Positions 7,755 to 14,926 of a stretch of 16,257 bases of DNA are shown here, piece by piece. Source of the DNA: a virus (taxonomy: Duplodnaviria > Heunggongvirae > Uroviricota > Caudoviricetes); IMG/VR virus record IMGVR_UViG_3300012347_000338, positions 64,001-80,257 of that record; one strand, 5' to 3'. A model generated the notes under the pieces. The model ran no database searches. It had not been told where the DNA came from and was given only the letters and a program-made list of their open reading frames with translations. The translations under genes and the position numbers were made by a program. Within the stretch, counting starts at the first letter, position 1. Every line of letters starts with the position of its first letter.

Positions 7755-7833
7755 GGGTTTTCCTTTCGTCCGGCTTCCTAAAAGCCGGTCACCCGGCTTC
7801 AAACTGTCCTGCTTGCGCAGGGGCTGAAGATTC
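7755..7833 (-). promoter_or_regulatory. Structured 5' leader of the scaffold gene with mutually exclusive helices
   Basis: Minus strand CCTGC-GCAA-GCAGG, AAGCCGG-GTGA-CCGGCTT and the alternative CCGGCTT-TTAGG-AAGCCGG, directly before the SD. Confidence 0.4.
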
Positions 7834-8073
7834 TTAAATCGTGGGCAGCTGCTGCGCACCGCGGATGACGGCACGAATGGCGAGTGTTTGACGCAGGCAA
7901 GACTGGATGCGCACGAGCTCGTCAACACTGACGTCGGCCAGCTGGTTGCGGTACACGTCGGCGAGGTCGCTCAGCATCTTGTCCATGGCGCTCATGGCAT
8001 CCGAGCCCTTGTACTCAGCCACGACCACAGCTGAGTCAGCCATGGCGCGGATTGCTTTGGTTCCGTCGTCCAT
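7834..8073 (-). CDS. Small helical protein between portal and scaffold (79 aa)
   Basis: ATG overlaps the portal stop (TGATG). Small helical genes commonly occupy this position in podophage head modules. Confidence 0.75.
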   Translation of the reverse strand: MDDGTKAIRAMADSAVVVAEYKGSDAMSAMDKMLSDLADVYRNQLADVSVDELVRIQSCLRQTLAIRAVIRGAQQLPTI

Positions 8074-10376
8074 CAGTCTTGTGCCGGCGTCTCAATGCCT
8101 TGGCGCACACCGTTCATGCCAGTGGCTGGCTGTGGGTTCGCTTCGGGCGGGTTGACTTGCGGCTGACCTTGATCAGGCGCAGCAGGCTGCATTGGGTCAG
8201 TGCTCATCGGCATGCCGCCTGGCTGCTCTTGCACTGGCTGACTGTTCAGCTGAGCGATTGACGGGTCAGGCGTTGCATCGGTGAAGCCTGCAGAGCGCAG
8301 GATCTCGTCGCCGGCAGGAGCTGTTGTTGGGTTCATCGTGGCCACGCCACCAGCTTGCAGGGCCGCGTAAATCGATTCCACGCGCTTGTTGACTGCGGAA
8401 GCCACGACCAGGTCAATGTTGGCTGCGACTTCTTTGGAGCGGGCCATGGCCAGTTCAGCGTCGGCGATCATCTTCTGGACTTTGGCTTGAGCTTCCTGCA
8501 GGACCAGCTGCGCTTGAGCCTGAGCCAATTGCATCTGAGTCTGAGCTTGCGGGCTGTTCTGCTCGGCGTTGACTTCGTCCTCGGTCTTCACGATGTCCGA
8601 AAGCTCGTGAGCTTCGGCACGCTGACGCAGGAGCTTGTCGCGCTTGATGTACGGAGCATCCATCGGGTTGGCCGCTTGGGCTGCGAAGTTGTCCAGCTGT
8701 TGAGCTCGGACTTCCTTAGCCACCAATGAGGCAGTGCCGCGGGCTTTGACATCGAAGTCGCCCTTGATGCTGTTGTCCTTGTGGAACTGCATGTTCCAGC
8801 GATACAGGGCCGTGATGAACGTGCGTGTGACGCCTTCGTCCCATGCTGTGATCAGATCCTTGATGACGATGTTGGCAGCGCCCATGAGCATTGACATACC
8901 CGAAGCGGTACCGGCTGCGCCGTTGTTGACGTTCTCGCCAGACATGTAACGCGGGATCGCGGTCACTTCGTCGGCGTTGTTCTCGAACATCTCGGCCATG
9001 CCCTTGAGGTCACCGAGACGGCCGTCAATCTGAATCGTGCGAACAGCAGGAGTGCCAGGCTGCGCAGTGTTGCGGAACCAGACCTTCCATGGATACATCT
9101 CGTCCATCTTGTCCACGTTGGACAGGAGGGCTGGCGACACTTCAAGCATCGGACCAGAAGCAATCGCAGAGTTGTCCAGCATCATGCGAACGGCTGCGTT
9201 CAGCATGGTCTGGTCGTCGCGCATGATTGCCGACAGGCCTTCACCAAAGATCGAGGTCTCGTCTTTGTCAAAGTAGTACAGGTGATACGGCCATGTCACG
9301 CCATTGATTGGCTGCAACACGGCTTTAATGATCTCGCCGTTTGGCAGGAGCCAGATGTTGCTGAAGAAGGTCTCGTGGACGCGGTCTTCAGGCACCTTGA
9401 CGCCGATGTCTTTGAGCTTGTCGCCGTCAACCCAGCCCCAACGCTCGAGAATCTCGTACGTGTTTTGCTTGTTGCCTTGGTTGGCCGTGCGCTCACCAAT
9501 GATGCGCAACTCGTTGTCGTAGTAGCGCAGCTTGATCTCACCCTCTGGATGAGACTTGATGTAGTTGACGATCTTGTTCTTGTTGAACGACTTGCGCTGA
9601 GACAACTCGACCAGGTCGGCCTTGGTCATCTGGTGACGCTCGTACACGTACTTGCACTGGTCAAGCTGCGTGGCGTTCATGTCTGGGTAGAAGCGCCACA
9701 GCGGCACGTAATCCACGAATGGGACGACGTACGTCTCTGACTTCGACTCCCAGCCCTTGGCCGTCTGGATGAAGGTCGTGCGGATCTTGCGCTCGACGAG
9801 CGGACCCTTCATCACGCCGGTACCGTACAGGTGGCCAGAGTGAATGGTCTTGACGGCCACGTCTTTGTAGCGAGCCTCAACCAGCTGGTCGTCGATGACC
9901 TTGGCCATCTTCTTGGACGACTCTTTGGCCATGTCCAAGATGACCTTGTCCAGCACCTCTGCAGGAACTGGCTGGCCTTGCGACATCGCCTGCAACTGCC
10001 TGGCGACGATCTGCTTCTGTTCTTTGGAGACGTTCGGCACCGGAGTGGTGTCGAGCTCCCAGTTCTTCTCGCTGCCAGCAGGGAACAACAGGTCAGCCAC
10101 GCGGCTGTCGACTGTCTTAACCTTGACGCGAGTCTTGCGGACGAACGACTTGGAGCGGTTTGCGCCGATCTGGGCGAGCACATCCGGGTCGTATTGACCG
10201 CGGTACTGGCGCAGGTCTTTCAACCAACGCTCTTCAGTCAGGCGACGCTCGAGCTCAGCACGCGAGAACTCGGCCAGCAGCACGGTGCCCAAGGCATCCA
10301 TGGCTTGCACTGGCGCAACATCTCGCAGCTGGTCCGTAGCGGCCACTGCGTATTCGATTTGATCGGCCTGGCTCAT
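8073..10376 (-). CDS. Portal protein (about 767 aa) with C-terminal coiled-coil and Pro/Gln-rich tail
   Basis: RW..D.RQYRG.Y, FVRKTRVKV, LYGTG..KGP, YVYERH, IFG.G...IMRD.Q..LN and AGTASGMSMLM motifs of P22/N4-like portals. ATG 10376 overlaps the upstream TAA (TAATG) and is preferred over the TTG at 10409. Confidence 0.9.
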   Translation of the reverse strand: MSQADQIEYAVAATDQLRDVAPVQAMDALGTVLLAEFSRAELERRLTEERWLKDLRQYRGQYDPDVLAQIGANRSKSFVRKTRVKVKTVDSRVADLLFPAGSEKNWELDTTPVPNVSKEQKQIVARQLQAMSQGQPVPAEVLDKVILDMAKESSKKMAKVIDDQLVEARYKDVAVKTIHSGHLYGTGVMKGPLVERKIRTTFIQTAKGWESKSETYVVPFVDYVPLWRFYPDMNATQLDQCKYVYERHQMTKADLVELSQRKSFNKNKIVNYIKSHPEGEIKLRYYDNELRIIGERTANQGNKQNTYEILERWGWVDGDKLKDIGVKVPEDRVHETFFSNIWLLPNGEIIKAVLQPINGVTWPYHLYYFDKDETSIFGEGLSAIMRDDQTMLNAAVRMMLDNSAIASGPMLEVSPALLSNVDKMDEMYPWKVWFRNTAQPGTPAVRTIQIDGRLGDLKGMAEMFENNADEVTAIPRYMSGENVNNGAAGTASGMSMLMGAANIVIKDLITAWDEGVTRTFITALYRWNMQFHKDNSIKGDFDVKARGTASLVAKEVRAQQLDNFAAQAANPMDAPYIKRDKLLRQRAEAHELSDIVKTEDEVNAEQNSPQAQTQMQLAQAQAQLVLQEAQAKVQKMIADAELAMARSKEVAANIDLVVASAVNKRVESIYAALQAGGVATMNPTTAPAGDEILRSAGFTDATPDPSIAQLNSQPVQEQPGGMPMSTDPMQPAAPDQGQPQVNPPEANPQPATGMNGVRQGIETPAQD

Positions 10377-10744
10377 TACTTCAGGGTCAGCTGGTAGATC
10401 GTGCTGCAAACGAGCTCTTTGGCGTCGTCCAGGATCTGTTTGATCATTGAGTCACCGCACTCAGCCTGAGCGGCTTCGATCTCGGTGAGCATGCCTTTGA
10501 GCATCTTGGTGGCGTCCATCTCGAGCTTGAAGCTGGAGGTGTTGAACTTGATGCGCTCACCGTTGCACAGGCCCATGTAGGCCTCGGCGAAGCGGTCAGC
10601 GGTGTCCACGATGCCGTCGTAGTACTCGTTGAGTGCCTTGTGCTTGGCGAAGCTGCCTTCACCAGTGGCGCTCAAGTGCAGGACGTGCGCGACCGTTGCC
10701 GAGTTGCGCATGCACAGGAAAAGCTTGCCTGGATCTTTGATCAT
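10376..10744 (-). CDS. Ferritin/Dps-like four-helix-bundle protein (DUF5856-like, 122 aa)
   Basis: AHVLHL...G.GSFAKHKALNEYYDGIVDTADRFAEAYMG matches the Dps-type H-x11-H-x2-L-x-E-x-Y-x7-D-x2-AE ferroxidase pattern. Confidence 0.7.
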   Translation of the reverse strand: MIKDPGKLFLCMRNSATVAHVLHLSATGEGSFAKHKALNEYYDGIVDTADRFAEAYMGLCNGERIKFNTSSFKLEMDATKMLKGMLTEIEAAQAECGDSMIKQILDDAKELVCSTIYQLTLK

Positions 10745-10989
10745 TTGGCGTCGCCCTTCTTGGCCACAATCGTGCCGTCTTCTTGGCTCTTGTCTTTGGG
10801 CGTGACGTCCTTGACGTCTTCACCGTTGACAGACTGGCCGGCGTCGATGTCAGCGTAGGCAGTGATGTAGGCATCCTTCTCGGACGCATCGCTGGCCTTC
10901 TTTGCCGCCATCAGCTTGGTGCCTTCGGTCTCTTTGGCTTCGTCGGCGCCTTCAGTCCAGGCTGATTCGTATTCGTTCTTGTCGGTCAT
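10741..10989 (-). CDS. Small acidic, probably disordered protein (82 aa)
   Basis: Coupled to both neighbours (2-nt gap upstream, ATGA overlap downstream). D/E/K-rich. N-terminal EYESAW motif. Confidence 0.75.
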   Translation of the reverse strand: MTDKNEYESAWTEGADEAKETEGTKLMAAKKASDASEKDAYITAYADIDAGQSVNGEDVKDVTPKDKSQEDGTIVAKKGDAK

Positions 10990-10991
10990 GT

Positions 10992-11315
10992 TTACTTCCC
11001 CGGCTTGGAGCCGTATTGCTTGGCCTGCGCGTTGTGCAGCTGTTCTGCGTAGCGCGTGGCGTTCTCTGGCGTGTCGAACACACCGAGGTGGCGACCGGTC
11101 TTGCCGTAATGTTTGATGGCTTCGTCGTCGCCCATGATTCGGCCGCTGTCGTGCACCGTTGGAATCAGGACTTCGCCTTTGTCAGTGCCGATACTCATTG
11201 AGCGAACGGTGCTGATTGAGCCGTCTTTGTTCTTGACTACAGGGCGAGTATTGAGATCGATGTTGCCAGCCTCAAGCAATCCGCTTTTCCAGCTGTCTTC
11301 GTATTCGTCTGCCAT
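10992..11315 (-). CDS. Conserved phage protein of unknown function (107 aa)
   Basis: GNIDL..RPVVKN.DGS.STVRS.S...EVLIPTV...EAI.HY.KTG.HLG.F.TPE.A..YA..LH..Q pattern recalled from phage virion-associated proteins. SD GCGGGG upstream. In-operon. Confidence 0.75.
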   Translation of the reverse strand: MADEYEDSWKSGLLEAGNIDLNTRPVVKNKDGSISTVRSMSIGTDKGEVLIPTVHDSGRIMGDDEAIKHYGKTGRHLGVFDTPENATRYAEQLHNAQAKQYGSKPGK

Positions 11316-11318
11316 CGA

Positions 11319-12848
11319 TCAATACCCCGCGCTAGTCGGAGCCCTGTAACTGCCGTATCCGCCGCCCGCCATCTCTTGCGAGCGCATGACGATTGGTTCG
11401 GCGAATGTCAAAGCCAGCGCATCGCCACCGTCTGGTGAGCGAATGCCGCGCTTCTTCATCTTGATTTTGCTTTCGAGCAGCTTGCGACCGCTCGAGTGAA
11501 TGTCTGGCTGAGGTGCACAGATGTCGGCAATTAGCGCGGCATCGTTTGGAATGCGGCAAGGCTGGTCTTCAAACCACTCTTGCATCAACCACCACATCTC
11601 AGCGCGCTTGTTCTCGTAGCGCTCGCTGTCACGCGCACGCTCAGCGCTGTTGATGCCAATGATTGGCACGTTCATCTCAACCAAGCGGTCAAAGATGCCA
11701 GCACCCAGACCACCCTTGTCGATCAGCATGCCGTCTGGCTGGAACTGATTGAAGTAATCAGCCAGGATGCCGGCGATCTGCATCGTGTTCTTCTTCTCGT
11801 GATACTCGACGCGGAAGGCTGTTCGGCCTTGGCGGAAAGCAATCGCAGTGCGGTCGGTGTCGCTTGTGCCGTCGCCTGCAGGGTCGCAAGCAATGATCAG
11901 CGGGCCTTGGCGCTCGCGATAGTCGCCAAGCGCTGCAGCCATCACCTTGTTCGGCGAGATCAGCGAGTTCTGTGTCGAGGTCTTGAAAGCCAGGGCCGCT
12001 GTTGCGGGATATTCCTGGTCAAACAACCACTCGTGGCCTGCGCCGTACGTCTGAATCTTGTTCTGACGCCATTGCATTTGCTCAAGGTCTAGACCATAAG
12101 CATTCTTGTAGGTCACGTCGTCAGACGAAAGCGCTAGGTCATCTCTGACCGGTGCACGGTATTCGGTCTGCCAGAACCAAGGCACGAAGATCGCGATGTA
12201 CTCAGAGCGCCCTGCTTCGGCGTCCTGCCACATCGTGTGAAACTGGTTGCCCAGGCCATTGGCCGTGGACTCGAAGATCATCTCAGTGCCAGAGATGTCG
12301 CCGATGGTGTTACCAATACCGGCCAGGTGCATCGCGGCGTTTTTCCAGAACCCGAATTCCGAGCCATGGAGCAGCTGCGCGTTGTTACCGCGGCCTACGT
12401 CTTCAGATCCTGCCGTTGCGAGCTTGTAGCCCCCATCCAGCACGTCGAAGATCAATTCTTTCGCGTTCGTAGCACCCGTGCTGATTGGCATCGGGTTGTT
12501 CTCGTGGTAACGCTTGACCATTGAGAACAGGTTGTCCGTGGACTTCTGCTCGTGCGACACAATGAACGCACGCTGTCCGTGCTTCATGGTCGTCTTGTGA
12601 TAGAAGCGCGCCGCCACATAGGTAGACACGCCCTGCTGCCGGCCTTTCAGGATCAAAGCCCTGACCTTGCCGGTCTCTGCGAGTTGCTGCTCGAGACGCT
12701 CGTGCACGTAGCGCTGCGCCTCGTTGAACAGGAACGGCATCTTGGTGCCGCTCTTGTCCAAGATCTTCAGGCAGTGAGCCGCGAAGACGTCGAGCTTCTT
12801 GGCCAGCGTTCTCAGCTTGGCCAGTTGTTCAGGTGAAAGCGAGGCCAT
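11319..12848 (-). CDS. terL: Terminase large subunit (509 aa)
   Basis: Walker A-type ILKGRQQGVST, Walker B-type LLHGSEFG, coupling motif ESTANG, and RNase H-like nuclease motifs IACDPAG and SPDGGDALAL. Confidence 0.95.
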   Translation of the reverse strand: MASLSPEQLAKLRTLAKKLDVFAAHCLKILDKSGTKMPFLFNEAQRYVHERLEQQLAETGKVRALILKGRQQGVSTYVAARFYHKTTMKHGQRAFIVSHEQKSTDNLFSMVKRYHENNPMPISTGATNAKELIFDVLDGGYKLATAGSEDVGRGNNAQLLHGSEFGFWKNAAMHLAGIGNTIGDISGTEMIFESTANGLGNQFHTMWQDAEAGRSEYIAIFVPWFWQTEYRAPVRDDLALSSDDVTYKNAYGLDLEQMQWRQNKIQTYGAGHEWLFDQEYPATAALAFKTSTQNSLISPNKVMAAALGDYRERQGPLIIACDPAGDGTSDTDRTAIAFRQGRTAFRVEYHEKKNTMQIAGILADYFNQFQPDGMLIDKGGLGAGIFDRLVEMNVPIIGINSAERARDSERYENKRAEMWWLMQEWFEDQPCRIPNDAALIADICAPQPDIHSSGRKLLESKIKMKKRGIRSPDGGDALALTFAEPIVMRSQEMAGGGYGSYRAPTSAGY

Positions 12849-13483
12849 CAGACCTCCGCTTGAACCTGGCGCAACATCTCCTCGAATTCGCCAGACGACT
12901 TCTTCTCAGCATCCAGACCGAAGACCTTGCGCTGCATTGGCAAGTAAACGCCATGGCTCGCAGCAATCTCTTTGGACATCTTCACTCGGCCAGCGAGCGA
13001 GATGATGTACTGATAGAGCTCGTTGTTCTTGTCAGTCTTCCAGCCGCCGTTAGCAGTCGGACCAGACTCGTCGTAAACCTCACCAAGCGCCACAAGCTTG
13101 TCGTGGAACTCAGGATCACCCAAGGCCACGAGCTCGCGCAGCTGGTTGCGACTGTTGTCGATGGCCAGCTTTAAGTCTTCGCGCTGGATCATATCGACCG
13201 AGGCGATTACGTCTGAATAAGCGTCGACGGTTGCCGCGTCACTTAATTTAGATTCAGTGGCAACCGATGTGGCAACCACACGCTTGGCAACCTTTGCTTT
13301 GGTTGCGGCTTGAATCTTTTCAGTCAGGTCTTTGACCCAGCCAAACTTCTTGGCTCTCTTCTGGATGGCAGTGTGAGATACCCCACGCTCCTTGCCAATC
13401 TGACGGTCGGTCTTAACGCCTGCGCGGTAGTCCTTCTCTATCAGTTCCCAGTCAACTGGTTGCTTTGCCGCCTCACCGGTCAT
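12848..13483 (-). CDS. terS: Terminase small subunit (about 211 aa)
   Basis: N-terminal HTH pattern DWELIEKDYRAG...RQIG...GVSHTAIQKRAKK.GW, directly upstream of TerL with an ATGA overlap. ATG 13483 (SD TAAGG) is preferred over TTG 13489. Confidence 0.88.
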   Translation of the reverse strand: MTGEAAKQPVDWELIEKDYRAGVKTDRQIGKERGVSHTAIQKRAKKFGWVKDLTEKIQAATKAKVAKRVVATSVATESKLSDAATVDAYSDVIASVDMIQREDLKLAIDNSRNQLRELVALGDPEFHDKLVALGEVYDESGPTANGGWKTDKNNELYQYIISLAGRVKMSKEIAASHGVYLPMQRKVFGLDAEKKSSGEFEEMLRQVQAEV

Positions 13484-13492
13484 ACCCAAGCC

Positions 13493-13627
13493 TTACTGGC
13501 AAGCCTCGCACTCGCCTTCACCGGGATTCAGTGGGCATGCGGGAGCCAACGGTGCATCCGAGTCGAGATCTAACCCACTGGGTTCCGACTGGGTTTGCTC
13601 TGGGTTAGCGTTGGGTTGAGTGTTCAT
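13493..13627 (-). CDS. 44-aa acidic peptide ending C-x8-CEACQ
   Basis: Hand translation: MNTQPNANPEQTQSEPSGLDLDSDAPLAPACPLNPGEGECEACQ*. It fills the gap between the 122-aa gene (4-nt spacing) and terS (9-nt spacing). Below the ORF-track length cutoff. Confidence 0.75.
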   Translation of the reverse strand: MNTQPNANPEQTQSEPSGLDLDSDAPLAPACPLNPGEGECEACQ

Positions 13628-13631
13628 GGTC

Positions 13632-14000
13632 TTACTTACCTGTGATCTCGGGAGGACTCATCGACGGCACAGTTGGTGCGGTACGCATGACTCCAGCGAG
13701 GATGGCGCCGAGTACGGCTGCCACGATGTATTTGATTGCAGACTGGACGAAGTCACTGGACTGCTTCTGGATGGGCTGAGCCTGCTCGAGGGCTTTGACT
13801 CGGCCGTCTAATGTCTCGATGGACTTGAACAGGCGACCCATGGCTTCATTGGTTGTGGACTGGCGCTCTTCAACGACAGCCAGGCGAGAGACAGCTTGTG
13901 CGAGTTCTCTCATTGAGCTCTTGATGTCGCCCATGTCTTCCGACAAGGCTTCAATTTTTGCTATGGCGACAGCCAGATCTGCTTCTGGTGGCATCGTCAC
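13632..14000 (-). CDS. Coiled-coil protein with one C-terminal transmembrane helix (XhlA/holin-like architecture, about 122 aa)
   Basis: Heptad-rich N-terminal region followed by hydrophobic AIKYIVAAVLGAILAGVM. Start may be GTG 14000 or ATG 13994. Confidence 0.65.
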   Translation of the reverse strand: MTMPPEADLAVAIAKIEALSEDMGDIKSSMRELAQAVSRLAVVEERQSTTNEAMGRLFKSIETLDGRVKALEQAQPIQKQSSDFVQSAIKYIVAAVLGAILAGVMRTAPTVPSMSPPEITGK

Positions 14001-14022
14001 TTCGTTTCTGTTGATCGGTAGG

Positions 14023-14742
14023 TCATGCGGCCACCTTGGTGCGGATGGCTGCCTGGTGGTAGCCGAGGGTATTCAGGTCAATGAAGGTGAACGCGCCTTG
14101 GCTGTGCTCCGGTCCCCAGCCATACGTGTCGATGAAGATGGTGTTACCCACCTCTACGACTTCGGATAGCGGCGTGTGGCCACAGATCACGGCTGAGATA
14201 CCAGCCACGGGGCGTTCATCGCCTCCGTTGATCTTGGTGCGGCTCCACAGGCAGTTGACGATCCACTGGTTGCGGGTGTGCTCATCAGCCTCGGTTAAGG
14301 CGTAGCGCATCGTCTCCCAGCTATTGAGCGGTGCTTCTGCGTGCACGATGCCCACGGTGCCGTTAACTGTCTCCACCTCAATGGCGATAGGCAGCACTGC
14401 GAACTGGCAGGCAATGTCTTGTTGGGCAGCGTCCGGAAGGCTCAGGAACCAAGCGCCACCGTTTTGCAGGTACAGCTTGGGATCTGAATAGCCAGACACG
14501 TGGTCCAAGGCCATCTGCTCATGGTTGCCCATGACAGCGTGGAACCAAGGCTTCTCCAACCAATCGATTGCCTCCTCGGACTCTGGTCCGCGATCAACCA
14601 AGTCACCGACAGAGAACAAGCGGTCGATACCAGGATCGAAGCCAATCTCGGTCAATGCAGCCTTCAGGCGAGTGAACTGTCCGTGAATGTCTCCAACGGC
14701 CAGGTCGCGTCCGAGGTTGTTTCGTTCAAAGGTTTTGATCAT
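14023..14742 (-). CDS. Ser/Thr protein phosphatase of the lambda NinI / PphA-PphB type (calcineurin-like metallophosphoesterase, 239 aa)
   Basis: Motifs GDIHG, GDLVDRG, GNHE, NGGAWF, VHA, WSR, GHTP and IDT in the canonical order. Confidence 0.92.
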   Translation of the reverse strand: MIKTFERNNLGRDLAVGDIHGQFTRLKAALTEIGFDPGIDRLFSVGDLVDRGPESEEAIDWLEKPWFHAVMGNHEQMALDHVSGYSDPKLYLQNGGAWFLSLPDAAQQDIACQFAVLPIAIEVETVNGTVGIVHAEAPLNSWETMRYALTEADEHTRNQWIVNCLWSRTKINGGDERPVAGISAVICGHTPLSEVVEVGNTIFIDTYGWGPEHSQGAFTFIDLNTLGYHQAAIRTKVAA

Positions 14743-14772
14743 GGCGTCACGACTGGCGTGGGCCAGGAAATG

Positions 14773-14794
14773 AAAAAACCCGCCGAAGCGGGTC
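14773..14794 (-). terminator. Intrinsic terminator downstream of the tRNA pair
   Basis: Minus strand GACCCGC-TTCG-GCGGGTT then TTTT (C-UUCG-G loop, U6 run in total). Confidence 0.85.
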
Positions 14795-14846
14795 TGTTCG
14801 CCCTAGTCGGCCTCGACACTCAAGTCGGGCGATAAGGGATTGTTGT

Positions 14847-14922
14847 TGGCTGCCAGGGCTGGCTTCGAACCAGCGCGCACTCCCTTAACAGGGGAGCGCT
14901 CTACCGACTGAGCTACCTGGCA
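14847..14922 (-). tRNA. tRNA-Asn (anticodon GTT)
   Basis: Full 76-nt cloverleaf: TGCCAGG/CCTGGCA acceptor, GCTC/GAGC D stem, CTCCC-CTGTTAA-GGGAG anticodon arm, GCTGG-TTCGAAG-CCAGC T arm, discriminator G and encoded CCA. Confidence 0.95.
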
Positions 14923-14926
14923 ATGT

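Noticed and set aside
7755-7928. Extended starts given by the ORF track: 7928 (scaffold), 5370, 10409, 13489 and 15381
   Set aside because: Downstream ATGs have better SD sites or coupling overlaps, and the extensions run through other genes, terminators or operators.
14795-14846. Theta/HDV-like ribozyme at the 3' end of the tRNA pair
   Set aside because: The segment forms a simple branched hairpin. I could not assign the nested double-pseudoknot elements of HDV-like ribozymes.
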